Source: Pseudogymnoascus verrucosus (Eukaryota). From it: a DNA stretch of 64,000 nt. Numbering within the stretch: the first letter of the stretch is position 1; each line of letters begins with the position of its first letter. The notes below the pieces were generated by a model, which did not search any database, was not told where the DNA came from, and was given only the letters and a program-made list of their open reading frames with translations. Location: assembly GCA_001662655.1 (NCBI GenBank), contig KV460216.1, one strand, 5' to 3'. Below are positions 46,777 to 60,749 of this stretch, one piece after another. A program made the position numbers and the translations under genes.

Positions 46777-48153
46777 CTATATCTGCGTAACCTCCTTCCC
46801 AATCATCTCCGGCCTCTCAACCTCCCACTCATCCCTCAGAACCGCAAACAAGATATCCGCCACCAGAATACTCATCCCAAGACTCCACACCAGCGTAATG
46901 GCATAGAAGAAGTTGGCATTCCCACTACCAGCATAAATCCACAGGTAGTAGAACGCTGGTCCCAGAGCAGTGGCGTATAATATCGTTGACGTCGCCAAGT
47001 AGCTGTACCTCATCAGGGGAAACACGTGGCGGTACAGTGGCACCAAGGCCAGGAAGAGCGACGTGTCTGAGATGGATGGGTATGGCTTGAAGATGGCAAA
47101 TAGCCCAAGCAGCGTGGTGATGATGAAGAGTGGCTGTCCGCGAAGGCGAATGGTGAGACCTACAACGTACGATGACAGGTGCAGCCAGAAAACACCGAGG
47201 AAGAAGGACCTGAATGAGTCGAACATTTCGATAAAGAAGTACCACCACAGTCCGACATTTGGCGTTAAGTCAGGCAATAGAAGCTGCACACCGTATGTCG
47301 AGGGGATAAACTCCCAGGATCCGGAGATCTGGTACGACATGAATAGCAGGGCGTAAATGGACCCTCCCACAGCTGGTACAGTGCTGAAGACGAAACTGGT
47401 CAAGGACTCTGTGACCTTTGTCGCTCGCCGCCTGTCGTAGCAAAGTAGCACTAGAGGCGGAAGAAGTAGGAGCGGATACATGGATAGGTATGATGCAAAG
47501 GCAATGGCGAACATGCTTGTGAACGACGCCCCATTTACAGCCTTCGCGATGGCGTGGAGGATGGCGCAAGTCGTGAAGACGCTTGTGGGGCGACCAATGC
47601 AGGTCGCAAGAGTAAAGGGGTTAAATAAGAAGCTATAACGCTATTGTCAGCATGAAAAGTCAAGTCTGGTTGGCGAGAGGTCTTACAAGGCCGCAATTTT
47701 GGTGCTGCTCCACCTCCTGTCCTTTCGAGGGGATGTGTAGTGCTTTGTGGAAACGGATTCTCCGGACTCAGCAATCTTCATAAGAGCCACAGCGCTCAGT
47801 AGATCCACCAATATGTATATTATATTCGTAAATATCGGCCATGACGCGTAGTTTGGGAGGAGTGAGAAGAATGGCAGGAGAAGGGGCGCCTGATGGTACA
47901 CCCCGCCATCGTATGGGGAGACATTGTGGTTATAGAGGAAGAGGCCTTCTTGGACTAATAGACAGTTAGAACCTGATATCACAACCTCAAAATAACACTT
48001 ACGTCTCTTAAAGCTGGTCACCGGCGTCGATATCTCGACTCGGCCCGTCAGGGTGTCTGGGAGAGTCGGAAATGCTGTAAAAAGGACCAGGCGCAAGACA
48101 GCCGCCGCCCCAAAGAGCGAGGCTGTCTGCTTGTCAATCTTCATCGCATTCAT
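46777..48153 (-). CDS. GAB1: GPI transamidase subunit PIG-U/Gab1; 3 exons
   Basis: RVEISTPVTSFKR, SPYDGG, FNPF, DLTPNVGLWWYFF, FKPYPS, GSGNANFF. Confidence 0.95.
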
Positions 48154-48467
48154 CTATATGCAAATGGAGTTCTTTGACAAAGTAAAACCATTGCCGTGCT
48201 GCGCATAAATTCGTAAAATAACTGACTTGAACACCTCAGTCCACGCTCGGAGGCTTCAGTCGTATGTAACTGTCCTGAACCCGCGATTGATAGGATGTGG
48301 TCTGTGCGCGGGCGGTGAGCCGATGAGCCAATTAGATAAGACCTTGATACAGAAAGTTGGGATTCGATTTCTTCCTCGCGAACTTTTGAAAAAAGACGAC
48401 CTTCTTATCTCAAGTCCACAGAGCCAAGAGATCAAGGTTCTACGCTCTACAAACAATTACAGTAATA

Positions 48468-50566
48468 ATGGCTAGAATAAAGAAGAAGGGTAAGACTTAC
48501 ATTTGCCATTGATTCGAAATTATTTTCTCTAACACAACCAAACAGGAACTTCTGGCCAGGCCAAGAACTTCATCACCAGAACGCAGGCTGTCCGAAAGCT
48601 TCAGATCAGTCTCCCGGATTTTCGCAAACTCTGCATCTGGAAGGGAATCTACCCCCGCGAGCCGCGCAACAAGAAGAAGGCCTCGAGCACCTCGCACGCA
48701 GCGACCACCTTTTACTACACCAAGGACATCCAGTACCTGCTCCACGAGCCGCTCCTCCAGAAGTTCCGCGACCAGAAGGCTCTCGAGAAGAAGATTGCAA
48801 GGGCCCTCGGCAGAGGCGACGCACACAATGCTTCCAGACTTGAGCGCAATGCGTCCAGGCCTGAGAAGACTGGCCGGGCCAAGTACACCCTGGACCATGT
48901 CATCAGAGAGCGCTACCCCACATTCATCGACGCCTTGAGAGATTTGGACGACTGCTTGTCCATGCTCTTCCTCTTTGCCAACCTCCCATCCACGGACTCC
49001 GTCCCAGCCAAGATGATTGCGAGATGCGAGAAGTTGGTTCTCGAGTTCGAGCACTACCTGATTGTGTCGCACAGCCTGCGCAAGTCGTTCCTGTCTATCA
49101 AGGGCATCTACTACCAGGCCACCATTCAAGGACAGGATATCCTCTGGTTGGTGCCATACAAGTTCAACCAGCGTGTCACTGGAGATGTCGATTTCAGGAT
49201 AATGGGAACCTTTGTGGAGTTCTACCAAACCCTTCTCGGATTCGTCAACTACAGGCTCTACACCTCATTAGGCCTCGCCTACCCCCCCAAGTTCGACAAG
49301 GAGAGCGACGACCAAGGTGCTGAGCTCGGTGCTTTCACCCTGGAAGGAAACTCAGTTGGACCGATTGAGCAGCCCAAGTTCGGCCTGACCAGCGAGGAGC
49401 AAAGAAATGCGAAGCCCGACGCCAAGCTCCAAGTCGAGATCGACAAACTGATGGCCCAGCTGAACGTCCCAGAGGAGAAGGCCAAGGAATTGGCCTCCAA
49501 GGCCGACGCCGACATGGAAGACGCCGATGGAGCAACCGACGCGCTTGACAAGTTCGTCCCCGTCGCACCAGGCGGAGACATCCTCCCGCAGCCTTCCTAC
49601 TCCTCCACCGACCCCTCCACCCTCTTCTCCAACTACACCTTCTTCCTCTCCCGCGAGACGCCCCGCCAACCCCTCGAGTTCATCCTGCGCGCATTCGGAT
49701 GCAAGCGCATCGGGTGGGACGCCGTCCTCGGCGCCGGCGCATTCACGCACAACGAGCTCGACCCGTCCATCACGCACCAGGTCGTCGACAGGCCGCCGCG
49801 CCAGGTCGAGGACGAGGATAACCAGTCCGCGCAGACGCTCGTCAAGGGCTCGAGGGTCCCGGGCCGCATCTACGTCCAGCCGCAGTGGGTGTGGGATAGC
49901 ATTAACGAGGAGGAGCTCAAGCGCGCGGATCTGTACGCACCGGGTGCACAGCTGCCGCCGCATTTGAGTCCGTTCGTCAAGAAGGTCCGTGGAGCGTATG
50001 ATCCAAGTGCACCGCTTGATGAGCAGGAGCGTGAGAATGAGGAGTTGGAGGCTGATACCGATGATGAGGAGGATGAAGAGGATGAGGAGGAGGAGGCCGA
50101 GGAGCTTACTGCTGCTGAGGTGGCGAATATTGATATCGATGCTTCGGCTGCGGGTATGGAGGTTGCTGGCTCTGATGAGGAGGATGACGAGGAGGAGGTT
50201 GCCAAGGACGCTACGTTCGGCGGCTTCTCTGACGCCGAGGAGGACCAGGAGTCTGAGGATGAGGCTACGACTGCAGCTGTACAGAGGCAGAAGGAGCTCG
50301 AGGCCGAGATGACCGGCGTGCCGCTGAAGGAGACCAAGGTCGACCCGCGGACAAAGGCCAAGGCCGACGCGCGGAAGAAGCTGTCCAAGGCGAGGGAAGA
50401 GGAGGACGAGGAGCTGGAGCGCGGCAAGATGATGCTGAGTCGACGCAAGCGCAAGATCCTGGAGAAGATGGTGTATAGTAACAAGGAGAAGGAGAAGGAG
50501 GCGGAGGGACTGCGCGCGAAGAGACGGAAGATCGAGAAGTCCGGGAAGGGAGGTGTTAGAGAGTAG
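48468..50566 (+). CDS. NOP7: Pescadillo homolog Nop7 (60S biogenesis); one short 5' intron
   Basis: [31 protein letters not shown] region with [16 protein letters not shown], acidic tail. Confidence 0.96.
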
Positions 50567-51399
50567 AGGGGGGTAGCTTTTTACGGGGTGTCACTTTTCG
50601 GGCGGCGTTGTGGAAAAATGGGACATGTTTGCGTAGCATTTGTTCGGAGATTTTACGGCTTCATGGCCTCTGTAGCTTAAAGTTGCAGTAAAATGTCCTT
50701 ATTCGCAGTATGAGCCTGTCGTCGTGCTTTTGTGATTGCAAGGCTCGGTTGGAGCTATTGATGTGATATTGCACCCCACGCTCCTATGGAATGAGGAGCA
50801 TAAACAGGAAGGCAGGACGGGAGGAGTAGCACCTTCCTTCTATAATTGAACTTGCAGTAGCCATGAGGAAGGCACGATGCGATACCCCGTACTTTCCCTG
50901 GGCCGTGCCTTCCTTGGATGTAATTGTTCCGTGCGGCCATAGAAGGAAGCTACGAACCTCTTCAATTACGTCAGTGACGCATAGCAACATCTCATTAAAA
51001 AACTGATTTGTTTGCCTTTGCTACGATAGAGTCTATAGGCCCGTAAATTATACCAGATTCTGTCATTGTTTTATGTGTTTACAGTAGCTGTGAGTAAAAA
51101 ATATGGTCACAATTAGTCCTAACCTCAAAAATAATGCGTATGAATTATTGTCACTGTAAATTATCACAGCAACCAACAATCCAAAATAAAATTAACTACT
51201 CACGGCAGCAATTTATCACATCAGCCAAATTAATTAAAATAGACAGAGTCTACCAACTGTATTTCACTATCAATTCCCGTCTACATATATATGCCAATGC
51301 GTGGCTCCCGACAGTAAAAACCCGTAGAGCCTAATAAAAATATTGATATTAAATTGACATAAAAGTATCAATAAGCTTCCACTTGACATCAAAAACAAC

Positions 51400-51485
51400 G
51401 GCCGGGTGGTGTAGTTGGTTATCACGTTTCGTTAACATTTCAATATGTCCCGAAAAGGTCCTGGGATCGAACCCCAGCCTGGTCA
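51400..51485 (+). tRNA. tRNA-Val(AAC) with ~12-nt intron
   Basis: GGCCGGG/CCTGGTC acceptor, TGGTGTAGTTGGT A-box, TTTCG-TT-AAC-A...CGAAA anticodon arm, T-rich terminator downstream. Confidence 0.9.
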
Positions 51486-51629
51486 ATTCTTTTGATATTT
51501 TTTTGCATTTTTTAATTCGTCGACGTGGGCTCCAACCGGCGTTCTACTTAGTGCGGCCGCGCCCCACCAAAGCTTCTTATGTACCTGCCTGTTGATCGTC
51601 TCCAGCATCAGCCTCATGGGATAGGAAAT

Positions 51630-53514
51630 ATGGATTCCGATACCGAGTACACAGAGTATAGGACCGATGTCTCTGAAACCGATATCGCGTCTCCCGCTCG
51701 CCCCGGCCGCTTCAAGGGCCCGAAATCAACATGGCGTACCTTCAACGAGGACGAGATTGCCCTTGCGGAGTCCCTGGTCAAGCTCGAGGCGCAGGATCTA
51801 TCAGCACATTTATACAACGCGCACGTGATGAAGAAGTCTTTATATGACCCCGATCTCGTGATAGACGCGAAGCCGTGGGCCAGCAAGGTGCGTGTGTTCC
51901 TGCAGCGATTTTTTTTTCCGGGTTACTGACGGAGAGTAGGAGCGCTGGCGCCCGGCGGAAGTTGGTGATGATGGGAAGAATTTTGTGCCGCCGGAGAGGT
52001 GGACGGCGTGGCCGCTTGAGCCGGAGATTGTGCCCAGGAGCGAGAGGCCAAAGGCAGACGAGGAGTTTACGTTGAAGAGGGTGGAGGAAGAGAAGCCGAG
52101 CCGGGAGATGGAGGAGGTCCTTACAGGCGTGATGCTTAAATTTGCCAAAAACACGTTTGAGAGGAGGAAGTGGGAGAGTGACGAGGCATTACAAATCAGT
52201 AGCGACGCAGAAAGCGACAGCAATTCCCAAGAAGCCCAAGAAGAAAACCCAAAAGAAGACGACCACTACCCCACCGACTCAGAAGCACCCGCCCAACCAT
52301 CCCTCTCACACCCCCCACCCTCCAAACCCATCATCTCCGCCGACGACGACCGCTCCGCGCGCCTCCTCCGCCCTACAATCCGCCACACCATCGCCCGCCT
52401 CGACAACCTCCTCACCGCGCTCCAAATCTCCCGCCGCGCCTGTCTCCGCCCTGACCGTTCCCCCTCCCCCACCGCCGACCCGCTCTTCCCAACCGTCGAA
52501 CCCGAAGACGTGCCCAGCACCCCCGACTCCCCGAAACGCCGCCAGGGCCGCCCGAGACGCGTGATCTCTGACCAGCCGCACCCCCTCGCTGCTGCGAGCC
52601 CGCCGAAGAAATCTAATCGCGGCAGGAAGAAGAAAGTTCATGCCCCGCTACCCGGGGAGACGCAGACGGAGATGCTGGTGCGTATTGCGAGGGAGCAGCA
52701 TAAGTCCATCCCCTTTGCGGTTGACTCGCCGCGGAGCTCGACATCGCGCTCGACGCAATCTAGGTCGCGGAGTCGGAGTATGAGTCGCAGCCGGAGCAGG
52801 AGTTCGAGTCGGGGGAGTCGAGCGAGGCTGGGGACGAGGGATTGGAGCGAGGTTATTGGGGCGGCGGCGTTGGTGGGGTGGCCGGAGGATGTGGTGGAGA
52901 GGGCGGGGAGGAGGTGCGCGACGCTGTTTGGGGAGGGGATGGGGGTTAGGGTGTTGACGGAGGGAGTGATGGGTGGGGAGGTGAAGGAGGAGATGTATGT
53001 GCCAGAGGAGGTTCTTGATTTTGGGGAGATGAGCGAAGAGGAGGAGGAAGAAGAGACGGTGGAGGAAGCACCAGCGCCGAGGAGATCTAGGTCTGCTCGC
53101 CCTGAAAGCAGGCCGAGGAGTCGCTCGCGTAGCCGCGAGTCAAGATCGAGAATGGATGAGAGGAGCGCGGTTGAGAAGTTTGGGATCTACGCGGCTTATT
53201 GCCCTCTCCAGGAGTGCGAAAGGTATCAGAGGGGATTCAATAGCGAGAGGGCTGTGAGGGATCATTTGAGGATAAATCATAGGATGGGGAAAGAGGAGAT
53301 ACAGAAGATGGACGAGGAGGAAGATATGATCGGGGCGGTGCACAGAGACGGGTTCGGGGTGATGGTGAAGAGGAGACCAGGTTGGAGGGGTGTTGATGAA
53401 GGGTTGAGGAAGAAGAGGGGAAGGGGTGGGAGTGGTGCTGTGGATGAAAGCGTGGCTGGGGATGAGAGCGAGGAAGAGGGAATGAGCGATTCTCTCAAAA
53501 CTGAATATTTTTGA
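51630..53514 (+). CDS. RRN9: RNA polymerase I initiation factor Rrn9-domain protein with AT-hook-like motifs and C-terminal C2H2-like finger; intron 51888-51938
   Basis: RPGRFKGPKSTWR...DLSAHLYNAH...WTAWP Rrn9 pattern; RQGRPR; CPLQEC...HLRINH. Confidence 0.75.
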
Positions 53515-54046
53515 AGTAGAAATAGGCAGACATGCAATTCAGTTGGGGCAACTCACATAAATCTTCGTCACAAGTTTTGGTGATGGTTTGGTCTTCCCCT
53601 TTTGGCCAGTTTGGTCGCGGTTGTAAGCAGCGTCGGACCCCCCAGCGCTAGTCCACAAAGGCTCCCTCTGCCTGAAAATAGCTCCAATAGTGCGAAACGC
53701 CAAACAACAATGAACCCGCCAGCCAAGGATTGTGAAATGACAATGTCAGGAACAACAATAAATATAGATAAATGTCAATGCATATAAATCTACATAAAAG
53801 TATATATATCGTAGGCAGGCCATTGCTGCCTCACAATCAAGTGGGCCGTCTAGGCTGCTGGTCCCATCAACAATGCATCGCCGCGGGATTGCCTTGCCTA
53901 CCCCACTGCGTATGTTTAGAAGTATAAAGAGACGCCAATGTGGCGTCGCAGCTCTTATTTATTCCGGTCACTCTTCATCATTCTTCTCTGTATCCTCACG
54001 CCAGAGCACACTACACGCATCTCGTCCTCAGTCGATTTCTACAGCA

Positions 54047-56493
54047 ATGTCGCACGAATACCCAGGCATCAATATTGACCTGCGCTATTATAACAATGAT
54101 GGACCTATATACCCTCTTGGTGCCCATGGTAACTGCTTTGGCGCCGACTCGGAGCTTTTGCCTGTCCGCGAAGTATTCATGATGGTATTGATGGACCGCT
54201 TGTCTGACAAAGTTGACTGGCACAAGAAGGTCTTCAACGAGGAGATTGTGAGCAAATGGCGGAAGGAGGCGCTGGAGCAACATGAGGACAAGCTATTCAC
54301 ACAAGTAGTTGAGGCCAGAGTTGGTGACATCAAGGTTTCCATGCCACGTGCACACATCATTTCAGCAGCTGCCTTTGACTACGTATGTGAACCTATTAGT
54401 TTGGGGATTTCAAGTCATTAACATCTGAATTAGTGCATCAAGGAGTTGAGGGAGAAAGCTGCCCACTTCGAGCGTACGGGCCTGATCCCCACCCTCGATT
54501 CTGATGGCAATACGATTGTCAAGTCTGACACGATTGTGACCCCGGAACTGCAGAAAGAGCTCCGCGCTGCATTTGACCAGCTAAGGGCCGATCAGGCGTC
54601 TGATGTCGACTGGCATCCACGCAGCGATGAAAAGGTTCAGGACTTGGTTCACCCTTCCATGTACCCCTTTATCTATGGTATGATATCCAATGGCCTCCAG
54701 GTGTAGCATCAAGCTAATGCCGACATCAAGGAAAATCGAACTTTTTCCAGGAAGAAGTTGTCGGGGTATCCGACGCGATCGAATTGTGGGCTGGCAAGGG
54801 CGAACCTGCTCGGGCGGCACGCAAAAGAGATTTACCTGATCCTAACGTGTCATATGATCAAGGAGGCAGTGGTATCCCTTTTGAATACTGGTCTGATACG
54901 TATCAATGGCTGCCAGCGAACCTGGCTTTCCAAGAAGACGGGACTGTGAAGTTTACGAGCTACATCAACAACCTCCATCCAAAGAAATATCCTAGCATCT
55001 ACCGCACCATAGAGAAGCTTATTGACACGGCTATTCCGGCATGGGACCAGTTCCTGTCCGTACACGATTATAAACAAAAAACCCTCCCCCCAGTCGGGCG
55101 GCAAAAATCGCGCTTCTCCGTGCCTGATAGCGGCGAGTAAGTGTGTCCCTAAACTGAGGCTCTTCGTCCCGAATGCTAATTTCCTTTTCTTTTCTCTGTA
55201 TAGTGATGAAGATGAAGCATTATGGGAGCCATATAGTGCCGAAGTGCTAGCAGAGGAGAATTATGAGCTTACCGAATCCGATTGGGAGCAGATTAGAGAG
55301 GAGAGACGGTACAATAGCAGAGACGAAGAGCGCCAGTGGGGCGAAGAGAGGCCGGAGGACGCGGAAAGAGACGAGGAAGGTGAGATTTGCCCCCAGAAAG
55401 TGAGGTTGACATGAAGAAGCTAACAATTCAGCCGACGATGTTCGAGATTTTAAATGGAAACAGATTCGTGATCCAGTGCTCACCGAACCCGATAGTGAGG
55501 AAAAAGTCAACTATCTGTGCCAAGAGAGCATTCGCCAAAAATTCAAGGAGAGCGGGCTCCAAGTTATTGTCAAGATGGCTACCATTGAGCTCACGCCTGA
55601 GAAGCCCGACTTCCCCATGGGCGGCTGGCATGTAAGTTCTCTCGCAAGACAAGCCCCTGAAGCTTACTAAATGTGATGGTGTAGGTTGAAGGTCAAATCA
55701 ACGAGCGTATCTGCGCCACAGCTCTGTTCTACCTTGACAGTGAGAACGTGACGCCCAGTCACCTGTCCTTCCGCATGCAAACCACGTACGACCAAGACGA
55801 ACTGCAGGGTATTGCCGGCCAGAATCAATTCAACTGGCTCGAGCGTGTGTATGGAACTCAGCTCAGCCAGTCAAGTGATGGAGCGAGTTCCTGTCTCCAG
55901 CACTACGGAAGTGCCGAGACCCGACAGGGGCGTCTGCTTGCTTTCCCTAACGTGTTGTACGTACCTAACCCCCCATCCCTCAAGCGGACCAATTCTACAG
56001 GAGCATCTGTCGAGCATTGTCAAGCTAACAAACACTGTCACGCAGCCACCACAGGGTCTCCCCCTTCAAACTCCAAGACCCAACCAAGCCAGGCCACAGA
56101 CGCTTCATCGCGCTCTGGCTCGTCGACCCCCACCAACGCATCATTTCAACCGGCAACGTCCCACCACAGCAGCAAGACTGGTGGGCCGAGGCCGTTTTTG
56201 GCAACGGCGCAGACGCAAACACCGGCAACATGCCGCCGGAGCTCTTGGAGCTGATCGCGGAACGCGGCCCAGCTAAGAAGTCCCAGAAACAAGAAGGTGG
56301 CCAAACGGCGGACCGGAAGCTGCCGACTGAGATTATGGAGATGGTGAGAGAGAATGGGCTTGCGACGCAGGGGCTGATGACGGTGGAGGAGGCGAGGCAC
56401 CATCGCGAGGAGCTGATGAATGTTAGGAGTCGGTTCCATGAGAAGGCGGAGCAGGAGTGGGAGGGTGTCGAGTATTTCTTCTGTGAGCACTAG
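54047..56493 (+). CDS. DUF4246 family protein (2OG-Fe(II)-oxygenase-like core); multi-exon
   Basis: DWHP...DLVHPSMYP, YQWLP...SYINNLHP, LQVIVK...IELTPEKP...WHVEG, ATALFYLDSEN, LAFPN, ALWLVDP, FCEH C-terminus. Confidence 0.85.
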
Positions 56494-57390
56494 GTGTGCT
56501 GAATGACGGGCTTTGTGAGATATTGGAGGCTTGCTGGAAAGGTTTTCGGTATTGTTTCTTCCAACACAGACTGTACTGAGGAATATGCAGAGAAATAGTT
56601 ACATTGGAGGCTATTCTTGCTAATGCATGTTCTATCTATATTTTTGTTACAAGTTGACTAAATCAATGTGCTGATACAGTCCGAGAGCGGTGACTTTTGG
56701 GGAGTGGACGTGAGGGGGATGCCGGACCACAATCCAGACAAGACATCTATATATAATATCTACACTATCTCTTTCTCTTGTGCCACTTGTGTACCATGCC
56801 ACGCCTACAGACTATCCCAGAGCTTGCGCCTTCTTCTCCTATTTGTAAAATTAACTTACTTACGTTCGTATTACCTTCTGACCTGACTGCGAAATGATTT
56901 ATTCGAGAAGGAGACGAACTTCAACGGCAGCATACAGGTGACAAGATCGAAACGACAGCAACCTGTTTATATGATAACAGCAGGTTCAGTCGACAGTGAC
57001 ATGGTCAACCAACGGATCCACTGCCGCCTCACCAGCGATGACGGGATTACTACCTCCTGTATCCTGGCTTTGATCGATGGCTCGGAATTCTCCTACGTTC
57101 CGAAATAGAGCTGGCCTAAAGGTGCCGAGGGAAGCAAAGGTTTGCAGAATCCGCTATATATATGAACTCAATTCGCATAGTGTCGGAAGAGAACCGTGAA
57201 ATAAGTAAATAAATCGACAACAGCACCCAAGCACACATCTTGGACGACTGAGGAACTGTATAGATTATATATATATACCTGGAACAAATCATGTATATTC
57301 TGCACAACAGTAACTATTCCAAACAGCCGCTGAACGCCGCCCATGCTCTCCCACCCAGCCACTTAAATACAAACTCTCCTATCCTATCTA

Positions 57391-60300
57391 CTACCTCTTC
57401 TCCACAAGCAAAACATGCATAGCCACATAAGCCAGCACAACAAACACAGCCGCAAACGCGCCCAACTTCGACACATCCGACCACAGCGCCATATTATCGA
57501 ATCCAAAACTACTCAATATCGTCGCACCGGGAACCTCGATACTGAGACCGAACTTCATATCGCGCAGCGTCAACATCGCCACCTCGTTGACAATCAAACT
57601 CTCAAAACCGTAGTGGAAAATACTCAGCGACTGCAGCCACAGCGCCGCCTTAGGAATCGCATCGTGGTTGAGCAGCAGGCCTGCGAAGAGCAAGCTGAAC
57701 AGCATGACGAGACTGCCGATCAAGTTCGCGACGCCGTGGTCCTTGCACACGATGCCGATAAAGAGACAGATGGCGGCGGCGGCAAGGTTGAAGAGAACGA
57801 GAATGAGGAGGAAGGGGAGGAAGTGCGCCATGTCGGGACATAGCCCGGTCATGGGGTAGACGATGCTGCCCATGATGATCGGTGGGATGATGCGCAGGGG
57901 GATGATATCGAAGACGACTTTGGCGAGGAAGTAGGTGATGGGGGCATAGTATCCGTTGGCGCGCTCGCGGACGAAGAGAAGACGCTCCGAAGCGAACACC
58001 GTGAGCGATGTGAGAGTGCTGAAGCCGAAGAGGGCCAGCAGGAAGAAGAACAGTCCGAGGCGATTCTGGAAGCCGGGGATGTCATCTGTCAGGCCGTAGA
58101 AGAGGAACCCGGAGAGGACAGCGAGAAGGATCGCAATAGCATAGTGCGTGAGCATAAGCATTGGGTTCCGGTAGAGATTGCGCCATGTGCGTTGGGAGAG
58201 GATTGTGAATTGCCTCCAGTATCCGATGCGGGCGTACCCTTTGCCCATGGTGTTGCCGTTGGGAGATGCCGTACCGTTACCCCCAGAAAATCCGTTCGAC
58301 TGACCATTCGCTGCCTGTGCATTCGAGACGGTAGTTTGAATGTCCTCGCGAATCTCACCAGCTATGCTAGAGTGTGCGTAAGAGGAAACCAATAGGTCCA
58401 AAGCAGTATTTTGGCCTGAAGATAGAGGGGGTAGGTCGTGGTCTTCCAGTACAGTCGACGGCACATTTGTCAATGGGACCGTTTCCGTGGTCTTTCTCCG
58501 TGTGAACAAACCGCGTTCTTGCTTCTTCTTTATCGAATCCCTACGGTGACGGTTGGGCCGAAGCAGCGACTCGCCTGCGCTATCGCCATCGTCGAGGCTT
58601 TCGCGGACACTAGCGATTGACTTGACGGCCCTTGTGCTGCTTGGTCCTGTACTCCTATCATCGCTGTTGAGTTCTCTATCATCTTCTTCGGAGGGTGTGC
58701 CCGGACTCTCAACGTGCATTGTGAGATCAACCAAATAGTCGGCAATGTTGAAACCTGGTGGACACGAATATCCGATGCTGTCAAAGTAGTTCTGGCAGAG
58801 TGCAAATTCTCCAGAGTAGACCGTCTTTCCCTTTGCCAATAGAACCAGTTGGTCGAACAGGGCAACGATATTAGATCTAGGCTGATGAATAGTGAAAATT
58901 ACCGTACGGTTGTATGTCTTGGCCAGCGTAACAAGGCATTCGATAACGTTAAACGCATTGAAGGCGTCAAGACCACTGGTAGGCTCATCCAAAAAGAGAA
59001 TGCTTGGGCTTGTAACCAACTCACAGGCGATCCCGACTCGGCGCTTCTCTCCGCCCGAGATACCGCGACCATTTCCCTCTTCAGAACCAATCAGAGAGTC
59101 CTTGATATGTGAAATGCCAAGCTGCTTCTCTACTTCGTATACCCGAAGCTCTTTCGCCGCGTGGCCCATGTCGCGGGGTAGTCGGAGCAAGGCGCTTGTC
59201 ATAATTGTCTCGTGGACTGTCAAAGTCGGCAACATCGTATCCTCTTGGTCGACAAAGCCGATAACGTTCTTGTAGTCTGAATTGCTAACCTTCTCTCCGT
59301 TCACATAGAAATTACCCTCAACCGAGCCACGCTTGTTTTTCCGGGCGAGAATATCGAGGAACGTCGTCTTGCCTGCTCCTGAAGCACCCATGATGGCCAT
59401 GATCTGACCTGGGTGGGCCACACCTTGAATGCGATCCAGAATTACCTTCCCATTGAGCGTATACGAAACATTCTCAAAATAAAGTGAAGCTGGCTTATGA
59501 TCCGCCATGAGTTTGAGATTCTCATCGTCGGAATCGTCCAGGCTAACTGGCTTATATGCGAACTTTCGGCGTCCCAAATACCAGACCGACAGGATAACTC
59601 CTACGACGAATAACGATGACATAGCAATAACCCCTGCGATCAATGGAGTGTTGATTTTCTTGATAGGTCGCTCATATCCTGGGACTTCTGTTTCATATAG
59701 ACACTCTCCGGATTGACACTCGAGGGTGATACTTTTGTCGCCGAACAGCTGCTGGATCAAGTCGTTCATAGCGGGCTCTTGGAAGGCGCATTTATTCGTT
59801 CCTCCACTTTGTTGGAGACACTCGAATGTTGCGGGCCCCTTAATTTCCTCCGTCAGAAAGTCGGATATATCAACGGATCCATTTTCTCCGCACAACATCC
59901 TGTCGGGAATGCATTTGCATTGAATATTGTCGCATTTATAATTCGTGCTGTTGCGCTCGTAGGTGTTATCGGAGCCTGAAATACAGCCGCCGAGAGAGCA
60001 GTAGAATGATTCCCTCTGTTGAACCCAGACTTCGGCATATGTTAGCAATGATCTCCTGAAATTAGTAGGGATGGCATACATTGGAAATCGCACTTCTTGT
60101 CGCTTGCGTCGCACGTAAAAGTGACCTGCGGTACCTTCTCATTGAGAAGATCCCGAATCTTTTTGTTTGTAACTTCGCACATCTGATAATTCTCCTTGAC
60201 GACCTCTCCATTTTGATAGCATACTCCGCCAGTATTCTCGGGCATCAGTGCATTGCATGCTTGGTTCGTAGTGCATACATTGCAGTTTATGCCGCCCCAG

Positions 60301-60749
60301 CCTTCCTTGCAGTCGCACTTATCACCTTGTCGCATTGGTCGCTCTTTTCCATCTGCCAACGATCCGCATACTGTAATAAAAAGTCAACATTGTTCACTGC
60401 TTGCGCGAGTGAGGGACCATACCTGGTTGCATGCAGTCCTCCCCGCCGAACCCAGCAGGACAGCTGCACTTCCCATCGTACTGCTGGCATTCGGCAAATT
60501 GGCCACAGGTGAAAGCTGGCAAGAGACAATTGAAGCTATATCCATTAGTTACCATCACTGCAACTATCGTTCGCCGAATGCTTCTCGGAGCGGGGATAGC
60601 ACTTACCACGGAGGACAATCACCACGGCCGTCCATCAGCGCATTACGCGCACGCATCATGTCGATGTAGGTGAAGTTGTCAGAGGCCAGGGCTCCCACAG
60701 ATAACGAAAGCACGGCGGCCAGCGCCTGGCCAATATGTAATCCACGCAT
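57391..60749 (-). CDS. ADP1: Half-size ABCG transporter Adp1 with N-terminal EGF-like Cys-rich domain
   Basis: Signal peptide, [12 protein letters not shown] and [15 protein letters not shown] motifs, GASGAGKT Walker A, ISGGE signature, LDEPTSG, six C-terminal TM helices. Confidence 0.93.
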
